DNA of 6,063 nucleotides from a virus (Duplodnaviria; Heunggongvirae; Uroviricota; Caudoviricetes): IMG/VR virus record IMGVR_UViG_2706794672_000006; one strand, 5' to 3'. Shown piece by piece: positions 1 to 5,434 of this stretch (position 1 is its first letter; each line of letters starts with the position of its first letter). The notes under the pieces were generated by a model. It saw only the letters and a program-made list of their open reading frames with translations, ran no database searches and was not told where the DNA came from. The position numbers and the translations under genes were made by a program.

Positions 1-51
1 GGGGAATATCTCCCCGGCAGCCTTCAGGGAAAAATATCATCAGATGGCTGC

Positions 52-225
52 TTAAAAAAAGAACAAATGGTAGTGTCCGCTATTGCCAGTACACCTCAGG
101 GTATAAGGGGTTATGGCCACCGGACTACCAAACGGCTGCCAGCCCTCTTTCAGTTTATGTGTCAGCTTTTCCGCAAGATCTGACGGCGGCGCCGCCCTGA
201 CAACATCATAGTGTTTAAATGCCAT
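52..225 (-). CDS. Small hypothetical protein (57 aa from ATG at 225; 62 aa if ATG at 240) of the lambdoid late region; possibly DUF1737-like, family not verified
   Basis: Open frame MAFKHYDVVRAAPPSDLAEKLTHKLKEGWQPFGSPVAI... ending at TAA 52-54. GGTGG Shine-Dalgarno-like motif 8 nt upstream of the ATG at 223-225. Same strand as the late operon. Family guess is from memory only. Confidence 0.45.
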   Translation of the reverse strand: MAFKHYDVVRAAPPSDLAEKLTHKLKEGWQPFGSPVAITPYTLRCTGNSGHYHLFFF

Positions 226-485
226 GGTTCTTTCCACCATCTGAAAAATAATTCTTTAAAATACCTGACATGTAATACAGAAAAAACACAAAACCATACC
301 TTAAATAAAAACCTGATTATCAAGCAGATATGCATGGATAAACTACAAGACGAGATATAAACCACCCTGCATTTAAATAAACAATAAACAACATCAGAAA
401 AATAATTCTGCTCTATGGTTTACATTCAAAAATATCATTTATACTTTTCAGAACATCACCAGCAAGGCATAAACAAGGAAACTAA

Positions 486-821
486 ATGAAGTGGATTGTG
501 ATTGATACAGTTATCCAGCCATCATGCGGAATATCTTTTTCAGTCATATGGAGTAAAATAAAATTAATAATCTGGTATCAATCGGATGCTTTCTTACCTC
601 CTGAAAGTATATTTACACTGACTCACACAGGCATCATGCTCAATAACAAAGTGCTACCTGTAACCATTTACAACGTAGTACCATTCAATAAAACATTCTG
701 GAATTCAATCAAAAATAGCCAGGAATGCCCTACAAATACAGATAACGTATTGAATGAATGCTTTAATAACCGTTGCACTCTGCAAATATGTCCTTATGGA
801 CTAAAACAACAAAGTCCATAA
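486..821 (+). CDS. Hypothetical protein (111 aa) in AT-rich segment, opposite strand to the late operon
   Basis: ATG at 486 preceded by AAGGAA 6 nt upstream. Possible sigma70 promoter TTTACA(419-424)-15 nt-TATACT(440-445). Stop TAA 819-821 lies inside a 10-bp perfect inverted repeat. Protein has no recognisable motif and 6 of 13 Ile codons are ATA, so it could also be a chance ORF. Confidence 0.3.
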   Translation: MKWIVIDTVIQPSCGISFSVIWSKIKLIIWYQSDAFLPPESIFTLTHTGIMLNNKVLPVTIYNVVPFNKTFWNSIKNSQECPTNTDNVLNECFNNRCTLQICPYGLKQQSP

Positions 822-823
822 GG
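792..823. repeat. Perfect 10-bp inverted repeat (CCTTATGGAC / GTCCATAAGG) with 12-nt loop
   Basis: Arms at 792-801 and 814-823 read directly from the sequence. Spans the stop codon of ORF 486-821. Confidence 0.6.
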
Positions 824-855
824 AGTTTACTCACATCTGACAAAATCAATATAAA

Positions 856-878
856 CAGCCCCTCCGGAGAGGGGCTGG
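856..878 (-). terminator. Candidate intrinsic terminator for minus-strand transcription
   Basis: 9-bp GC-rich stem CAGCCCCTC / GAGGGGCTG (856-864, 869-877) with 4-nt loop. On the minus strand it is followed by TTTATATTGATTTTGT. Confidence 0.45.
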
Positions 879-1101
879 AGAGTGGCGCTATGTGCCATTG
901 CATGGTGCCGGGTGCCTCCCGGTGAATTCAGTACCAGCACCTGAATCCGCGATTATCCCATATACCTACTCGCTGATTGCCCCTCCGCACAGGGGGATTC
1001 ACCATGCCAGTTTCTTTTAACAAACTCCCCGCAAAACAGACAACTGTCAACCGTCTGAATTGTGAAGTATTTAAAAATTTCTCCCGCTAACTGATACCCG
1101 G

Positions 1102-1896
1102 CTAACAGNNNNNNNNNNNNNNNNNNNNNNNNNNNNNNNNNNNNNNNNNNNNNNNNNNNNNNNNNNNNNNNNNNNNNNNNNNNNNNNNNNNNNNNNNNNN
1201 NNNNNNNNNNNNNNNNNNNNNNNNNNNNNNNNNNNNNNNNNNNNNNNNNNNNNNNNNNNNNNNNNNNNNNNNNNNNNNNNNNNNNNNNNNNNNNNNNNNN
1301 NNNNNNNNNNNNNNATATAGCACCCTGACTGATACTGTAGTACCTAAGGTTCCAGAAACTGTGATGTATCCGGNNNNNNNNNNNNNNNNNNNNNNNNNNN
1401 NNNNNNNNNNNNNNNNNNNNNNNNNNNNNNNNNNNNNNNNNNNNNNNNNNNNNNNNNNNNNNNNNNNNNNNNNNNNNNNNNNNNNNNNNNNNNNNNNNNN
1501 NNNNNNNNNNNNNNNNNNNNNNNNNNNNNNNNNNNNNNNNNNNNNNNNNNNNNNNNNNNNNNNNNNNNNNNNNNNNNNNNNNNNNNNNNNNNNNNNNNNN
1601 NNNNNNNNNNNNNNNNNNNNNNNGTTGTACTCCTGAACAAGAGCAAATAATTCTGAATTAGCAACCATGAACTCATCGCAAACCCTCTGTATAGCATCAC
1701 TATTCAGAATAATAACGTCTCTTCCCGAAAGACGATCAGGAGTACAGAACAAAACTGTCAAACGGCTGAAGGCCTTTGCTCGTGCTGCATTGACTATATC
1801 AATACGCTGCCTAAGGATGAAACACCCCGACGCCTCATCAATATTCACTCTACCCACACCATATGAATGATAAATATTTAATGCTGAAAAAACCAT
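1102..1896 (-). CDS. Hypothetical cargo protein of unknown function in the Stx-equivalent slot; only the N-terminal 91 codons (1624-1896) and a 19-codon island (1315-1373) are visible
   Basis: Minus-strand frame open across all of 1624-1923, giving MVFSALNIYHSYGVGRVNIDEASGCFILRQRID... from ATG 1894-1896 (the ORF track uses TTG at 1923). Visible part has 4 of 8 Arg codons as AGA/AGG and 2 of 8 Ile codons as ATA. Continuity through the N blocks to the stop at 1102 cannot be verified. Confidence 0.35.
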   Translation of the reverse strand: MVFSALNIYHSYGVGRVNIDEASGCFILRQRIDIVNAARAKAFSRLTVLFCTPDRLSGRDVIILNSDAIQRVCDEFMVANSELFALVQEYNXXXXXXXXXXXXXXXXXXXXXXXXXXXXXXXXXXXXXXXXXXXXXXXXXXXXXXXXXXXXXXXXXXXXXXXXXXXXXXXXXXXXGYITVSGTLGTTVSVRVLYXXXXXXXXXXXXXXXXXXXXXXXXXXXXXXXXXXXXXXXXXXXXXXXXXXXXXXXXXXXXXXXXXXXXXC

Positions 1897-2033
1897 TAGA
1901 CCGTATAACAAACACTCAATCAATACTTAACAGAACTTTTATTTTTGACAAACATAAAATATTTTCAACAATATCCTGAGCCAGGTATATTTCAGTATAA
2001 GGCTCTGCCGGAAGGAATCTGGAAGAATGAATA

Positions 2034-2110
2034 TGGCGCGCTGTACTGGATTCGAACCAGTGACCGATTGCTTAGAAGGCAATTGCTCTGTCCGGCTGAG
2101 CTAACAACGC
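2034..2110 (-). tRNA. tRNA-Arg (anticodon UCU, reads AGA/AGG), 77 nt with encoded CCA
   Basis: Minus-strand sequence GCGTTGTTAGCTCAGCCGGACAGAGCAATTGCCTTCTAAGCAATCGGTCACTGGTTCGAATCCAGTACAGCGCGCCA folds as a cloverleaf: acceptor GCGTTGT/ACAGCGC (one G-U), D stem GCTC/GAGC, anticodon stem ATTGC/GCAAT with loop CTTCTAA, T arm ACTGG-TTCGAAT-CCAGT. Confidence 0.9.
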
Positions 2111-2134
2111 TGAATACCGATAATGGACCGCCAT

Positions 2135-2150
2135 CGGGGACCCGCCCCCG
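2135..2150. repeat. GC-rich hairpin in the 100-nt spacer between the two tRNA genes
   Basis: CGGGG (2135-2139) and CCCCG (2146-2150) form a 5-bp stem with a 6-nt loop. No tRNA-like T loop or cloverleaf in the spacer. Confidence 0.4.
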
Positions 2151-2210
2151 CACCAACAACCCTGTTATCGTGTCGTCTGCTCTTCCTGATAAGCTAATGG
2201 CGGTTTGTGA

Positions 2211-2286
2211 TGGTGGCCCTTGCTGGATTTGAACCAGCGACCTGGCGATTATGAGTCGCTCGCTCTCACCACTGAGCTAAAGGGCC
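2211..2286 (-). tRNA. ileZ: tRNA with CAU anticodon, most likely tRNA-Ile2 (lysidine, reads AUA) by resemblance to E. coli ileX; elongator tRNA-Met not excluded
   Basis: Minus-strand sequence GGCCCTTTAGCTCAGTGGTGAGAGCGAGCGACTCATAATCGCCAGGTCGCTGGTTCAAATCCAGCAAGGGCCACCA, 76 nt. Perfect acceptor GGCCCTT/AAGGGCC, D stem GCTC/GAGC, anticodon loop CTCATAA, T arm GCTGG-TTCAAAT-CCAGC. Closely resembles the recalled ileX sequence. Confidence 0.85.
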
Positions 2287-2323
2287 GGGAGCAGAATAAT
2301 AACGGTCCGTAATTAATTCCGCA

Positions 2324-2347
2324 ATAAAAAACCCGCTCGGCGGCGGG
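2324..2347 (-). terminator. tR'-like intrinsic terminator, copy A
   Basis: Minus strand reads CCCGC-cgccga-GCGGG followed by TTTTTTAT. Identical to copy B. Confidence 0.6.
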
Positions 2348-2384
2348 TTGTAGAAACTCTTCTAACGTCAGGCATAAAACGCCC

Positions 2385-2424
2385 ATAGTTATGACGAATT
2401 TACCACAGATTCCGGAAAAATCAA
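2385..2424 (-). promoter_or_regulatory. pR'-like Q-dependent late promoter with pause-inducing element, copy A
   Basis: Minus strand: -35 TTGATT (2419-2424), 16-nt spacer, extended -10 TGgTAAATT (hexamer 2397-2402), then cgtcat and the -10-like element AACTAT followed by GGG (2385-2390). Layout matches the recalled lambda pR' (TAAATT-6 nt-AACGAT-GGG). Confidence 0.55.
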
Positions 2425-2425
2425 C

Positions 2426-3664
2426 CTAGTTACCTTTTTTANNNNNNNNNNNNNNNNNNNNNNNNNNNNNNNNNNNNNNNNNNNNNNNNNNNNNNNNNNN
2501 NNNNNNNNNNNNNNNNNNNNNNNNNNNNNNNNNNNNNNNNNNNNNNNNNNNNNNNNNNNNNNNNNNNNNNNNNNNNNNNNNNNNNNNNNNNNNNNNNNNN
2601 NNNNNNNNNNNNNNNNNNNNNNNNNNNNNNNNNNNNNNNNNNNNNNNNNNNNNNNNNNNNNNNNNNNNNNNNNNNNNNNNNNNNNNNNNNNGCCCGAGCG
2701 CCAGTGCCGCTTTCACTGTCGAACCCAACCCCATGAAAAAATCTGCAATCAGGTCACCCGGACGACTGCTAGCGCTGATTATCTGCTGCAGCATTTCTGC
2801 CGGTTTTTCGCACGGATGTTTCCCGGGATAGAACTGCACCGGTTTATGCGTCCACACATCGGTATACGGCACCTGCACCGTCACGCCAAAATACCGCCGC
2901 AGATGTTTATATTCACTCAGCAGCTCCGCATACTGCCGGTTCAGTGAGGTATACGTATCCACCAGCTGGTGGTGGAGCTTTTCCAGTTCACCACGCCGAT
3001 GCTTCTCTTCTGCCACCCGGGCAAACAGCGCCTGTAATTTCAGATAATCGCTTTCATTCGGCAACTGCCACTGACCGGCACTGAACCAGTGCGACACCAT
3101 GTTTTTCTTTCCTGTGGCATCTGCAATCTGTTTTGCCGTTATCCCCAGGGCAGCTCGCGCATCACGAAAGTAAGAAATCAGCGGGGCCATCACATGCTGT
3201 TTCAGTGCACTGCCCTTCGCCGCATACCCGGCATCTTTCGGACGATACGGCCCCTGATAATGTTCCGCGAACAGAATGCGCTCTGTGGCGGGGAAATACG
3301 CCCGCAGGCTTTCCTTGTTGCATCCGTTCCAGCGTCCGGACGGCTTCGCCCAGATAATATGGTTCAGCACACTGAAGCGTTCACGCATCATGATTTCGAT
3401 ATCAGATGCCAGGCGATGACCACAGAACAGGTAAAGACTTCCGGCAGGTTTCAGCACCCGCCAGAACTGCGCCAGACACTGGTCCAGCCACTTCAGGTAA
3501 TCATCGTCGCCCTTCCACTGGTTATCCCAGCCCTCAGGCTTCACTTTAAAGTACGGCGGGTCCGTGACTATCAGGTCAACAGAATTTTCGGGTAACGACC
3601 GGATAAATTCCAGGCAGTCGGCGTTGATTAACTCACAACTGGATATTTTTACAGTATTAAGCAT
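2426..3664 (-). CDS. DNA methyltransferase, N6-adenine/N4-cytosine class (DPPY motif N-terminal, FxGxGST motif C-terminal); apparently orphan. True stop lies in or just after the N block
   Basis: MLNTVKISSCELINADCLEFIRSLPENSVDLIVTDPPYF... with motif IV DPPY near the N-terminus and FFMGLGSTVKAALALG near the masked C-terminus. ATG at 3662-3664. The 2426 end is the ORF-track stop reached through 250 masked bases and is not verified. Confidence 0.8.
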   Translation of the reverse strand: MLNTVKISSCELINADCLEFIRSLPENSVDLIVTDPPYFKVKPEGWDNQWKGDDDYLKWLDQCLAQFWRVLKPAGSLYLFCGHRLASDIEIMMRERFSVLNHIIWAKPSGRWNGCNKESLRAYFPATERILFAEHYQGPYRPKDAGYAAKGSALKQHVMAPLISYFRDARAALGITAKQIADATGKKNMVSHWFSAGQWQLPNESDYLKLQALFARVAEEKHRRGELEKLHHQLVDTYTSLNRQYAELLSEYKHLRRYFGVTVQVPYTDVWTHKPVQFYPGKHPCEKPAEMLQQIISASSRPGDLIADFFMGLGSTVKAALALGXXXXXXXXXXXXXXXXXXXXXXXXXXXXXXXXXXXXXXXXXXXXXXXXXXXXXXXXXXXXXXXXXXXXXXXXXXXXXXXXXXXXKKGN

Positions 3665-3696
3665 GGATCATTAAGCCTGTCTCTGATAGGCTCATT

Positions 3697-3715
3697 CTGC
3701 TTTTGCGCAAAGCAG
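3697..3715. repeat. 7-bp inverted repeat CTGCTTT / AAAGCAG with 5-nt loop, about 50 nt upstream of the methyltransferase start
   Basis: Arms at 3697-3703 and 3709-3715 read from the sequence. Confidence 0.5.
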
Positions 3716-3756
3716 TGGGCCTGAGGTTTGCTTGTGAACCCAACGCATGAGCAGAT

Positions 3757-3787
3757 GGCTGGTGGGTGCCCCTAACACCCACCAGCC
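3757..3787. promoter_or_regulatory. Perfect 12-bp palindrome GGCTGGTGGGTG / CACCCACCAGCC with 7-nt spacer; candidate operator or 5'-UTR hairpin
   Basis: Arms at 3757-3768 and 3776-3787 are exact reverse complements. Lies between the winged-helix gene terminator and the methyltransferase start. Immediately upstream on the minus strand is TGTGGTAAAT (3792-3801), the same 10-mer as the pR' extended -10. Confidence 0.55.
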
Positions 3788-3800
3788 GCCCATTTACCAC

Positions 3801-3828
3801 AAATAAAAAAGCCTTCACTGCGGAAGGC
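3801..3828 (-). terminator. Intrinsic terminator directly after the small winged-helix-like gene
   Basis: Minus strand reads GCCTTC-cgcagt-GAAGGC followed by TTTTTTATTT. The stem contains the TGA stop codon (3815-3817). Confidence 0.6.
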
Positions 3829-4012
3829 GTCTGTAACAACCGAACTGATAGTCTGCCAGACCCGCCATAACCAGCTGGGTCAGTATTAACTGGCAGCGTT
3901 CGCGTGAAAGGTAAGTATTCTGCGCTATCTCCCCGACTGTCGCCGGTTCGGTAACGCTTAATTCATTAAACACCACTCTGGCGGTTTCTGTCATATCCTG
4001 CTGTTTTAGCAT
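3815..4012 (-). CDS. Small (65 aa) putative winged-helix DNA-binding protein; general resemblance to PapI/FaeA-type regulators, unverified
   Basis: ATG at 4010-4012 preceded by AGGAA 5 nt upstream. Protein MLKQQDMTETARVVFNELSVTEPATVGEIAQNTYLSRERCQLILTQLVMAGLADYQFGCYRRLPQ has a helix-turn-helix-like pattern. Followed by a dedicated terminator. Confidence 0.55.
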   Translation of the reverse strand: MLKQQDMTETARVVFNELSVTEPATVGEIAQNTYLSRERCQLILTQLVMAGLADYQFGCYRRLPQ

Positions 4013-4130
4013 GTCTTTTCCTTTTCCGGTTAACGTGACACACCAATAACTCTTGTCGAAAAAGCCAGCAAGCTGAAAGACAGGTATTCACCGCCACCAG
4101 CGCGTTTACTGTACTGACGCGATTTCAGTC

Positions 4131-4154
4131 ATAAAAAACCCGCTCGGCGGCGGG
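4131..4154 (-). terminator. tR'-like intrinsic terminator, copy B, ending a leader RNA of roughly 65 nt from pR'
   Basis: Minus strand reads CCCGC-cgccga-GCGGG (4139-4154 on plus) followed by TTTTTTAT (4131-4138). Confidence 0.65.
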
Positions 4155-4191
4155 TTGTAGAAACTCTTCTAACGTCAGGCATAAAACGCCC

Positions 4192-4231
4192 ATCGTTATG
4201 ACGAATTTACCACAGATTCCGGAAAAATCAA
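4192..4231 (-). promoter_or_regulatory. pR'-like Q-dependent late promoter with canonical AACGAT pause-inducing element, copy B, immediately downstream of Q
   Basis: Minus strand: -35 TTGATT (4226-4231), extended -10 TGgTAAATT (hexamer 4204-4209), cgtcat, AACGAT-GGG (4192-4197). Starts 5 nt after the Q stop codon, as recalled for lambda. Confidence 0.65.
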
Positions 4232-4236
4232 CCTTG

Positions 4237-4858
4237 TTACCTAGTTACCTTTTTTAACTGCCGCTCAGCCCATGCTTCTTCAATATCAAACCGGGTCACC
4301 AGCGCATCATAAAATTTCTTAACTGTTTTTTCCCATGACGCGCGTGTTATCTGGTTTGTCACCTCGCATATAGCATTAAATGCCTCCGTTGATGGTAGTC
4401 TTTCATAGCCACGACCACCACAACGCTGGCAGTCTCTGATAACAGGCATACCACGTTTTACCGACTCTTCACGATGAATGGCGACACCACGCCCACGGCA
4501 ATCCTTACAGGCGGTGGAAACCTCACCCTTTCCGCCACACTCCGGACAGGCAACTTTTACCACCTCCCTGACTTTTTTCCATTCTTCCCAGTAAGACGGA
4601 TACACACCTTTCGTACACTTTGCCCATACCGGCGGCTTACCATCCGGATACTGGACCTTGTTTGTAAAAACTACGCTTTCAATAAATTTTTCCCCATAGC
4701 AACAAGGGCACTGCTTTTTACTCGCTGCGCTGCGGGCATAATCCTCAAAAGCGTACGAAGCCATAATGCGCATCACTACCGGTTTTATTTCTGCCGGAAG
4801 TTTTCTCAACGCCGCCACACGATCGCACCGACTGAGTGCATAATCTGCCAGTAATTCT
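4237..4858 (-). CDS. Q: Late-gene antitermination protein Q, lambda-Q family; 5' end masked (207 codons visible)
   Basis: Visible C-terminal part aligns with the recalled lambda Q: YAFEDYARSAAS ~ YADYCRSAA, CKDCRGRGVAIH ~ CRDCHGTGRAVD, DCQRCGGRGYERLPSTEAF ~ ECGRCKGVGYSRMPASAAY, TVKKFYDALV...KKVTR ~ TVKPLYDALV...NAVTR. Sits between rusA and a pR'-like promoter. Stop TAA at 4237-4239. Confidence 0.85.
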
Positions 4859-5108
4859 NNNNNNNNNNNNNNNNNNNNNNNNNNNNNNNNNNNNNNNNNN
4901 NNNNNNNNNNNNNNNNNNNNNNNNNNNNNNNNNNNNNNNNNNNNNNNNNNNNNNNNNNNNNNNNNNNNNNNNNNNNNNNNNNNNNNNNNNNNNNNNNNNN
5001 NNNNNNNNNNNNNNNNNNNNNNNNNNNNNNNNNNNNNNNNNNNNNNNNNNNNNNNNNNNNNNNNNNNNNNNNNNNNNNNNNNNNNNNNNNNNNNNNNNNN
5101 NNNNNNNN

Positions 5109-5434
5109 AGACGTCCACCAGATACTGGCTGACCACGAACGATATTGATTTCATCAAACTGCTCATCGTCCATTAACACTCCCGCATGTGTCAGTGCATC
5201 CAGTGGTGCTTTCAGGATATTGTCCAGGTCACGACGGCGCTTATCCGGTGGCTCTGCAATAATCTTTATCGCCAGTCTTCCGGACAGGCTTAATTTCAGT
5301 CGCTGCTGACGGACAATAAGCGCCACATCCCGGCGATAACGCTCACCGGCTTTTGATACAAAATATGTGTTGTCACGACGTCGCCAGTAAGTATTCACCG
5401 TCGGCGGATAAGGTAAAATAAACTCATGGCGCAT
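5109..5434 (-). CDS. rusA: RusA-family Holliday junction resolvase; 3' end masked, about 12 codons missing (estimated true end near 5069)
   Basis: MRHEFILPYPPTVNTYWRRR...PPDKRRRDLDNILKAPLDALTHAGVLMDDEQF...GQPVSGGR matches the recalled RusA pattern (PPS/TxN..Y, RRRDLDN, DD.Q, GGR). ATG at 5432-5434 overlaps the upstream gene's TGA (TGATG). Confidence 0.85.

Larger units (their letters stand above)
2324..2441. repeat. Direct repeat copy A of the 118-bp pR'/tR' module (extends into the N block at 2442)
   Basis: 2324-2441 matches 4131-4256 apart from one substitution (A at 2387 versus C at 4194) and an 8-bp tandem insertion in copy B. Confidence 0.9.
4131..4256. repeat. Direct repeat copy B of the pR'/tR' module (126 bp; includes the last Q codons)
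   Basis: See copy A. Copy B carries an 8-bp tandem duplication (cttgttac beside ctagttac) that contains the Q stop codon. Confidence 0.9.

Noticed and set aside
1-15. Short hairpin GGGGA-atatc-TCCCC at the window edge as a terminator
   Set aside because: Only a 5-bp stem with no T-tract in view and truncated by the window boundary.
162-365. Minus-strand ORF (67 aa) overlapping the small late-region gene
   Set aside because: Alternative frame over an AT-rich intergenic stretch; hydrophobic low-complexity translation and no ribosome-binding site.
1344-1700. Track ORFs 1344-1700 (-) and 1361-1636 (+), consisting almost entirely of X residues
   Set aside because: Artefacts of translating through the N block; no real sequence supports them.
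1102-1923. Cargo gene being a Shiga toxin A subunit (position-based expectation)
   Set aside because: The visible N-terminal 91 residues do not resemble the Stx1A or Stx2A N-termini as I recall them, and no B-subunit-sized ORF is visible; treated as unknown cargo.
2111-2210. A third tRNA (argN) between the two tRNA genes
   Set aside because: No GTTCnAnTC-type T loop, no acceptor-stem pairing and no CCA context; only a simple GC hairpin.
1945-2232. Plus-strand ORF (95 aa) from the six-frame track
   Set aside because: Overlaps both tRNA genes on the opposite strand and has no ribosome-binding site; almost certainly a chance ORF.
3089-3595. Plus-strand ORFs (168 aa and 74 aa) antisense to the methyltransferase
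   Set aside because: Fully embedded antisense in a gene with clear methyltransferase motifs; no translation signals or recognisable protein features.
3657-3839. Minus-strand ORF (60 aa) between the winged-helix gene and the methyltransferase
   Set aside because: Spans the terminator hairpin, the 12-bp palindrome and the second inverted repeat and overlaps the methyltransferase start; better explained as structured non-coding leader.
4474-4854. Plus-strand ORF (126 aa) antisense to Q
   Set aside because: Antisense to a gene with strong lambda-Q homology; composition not protein-like.
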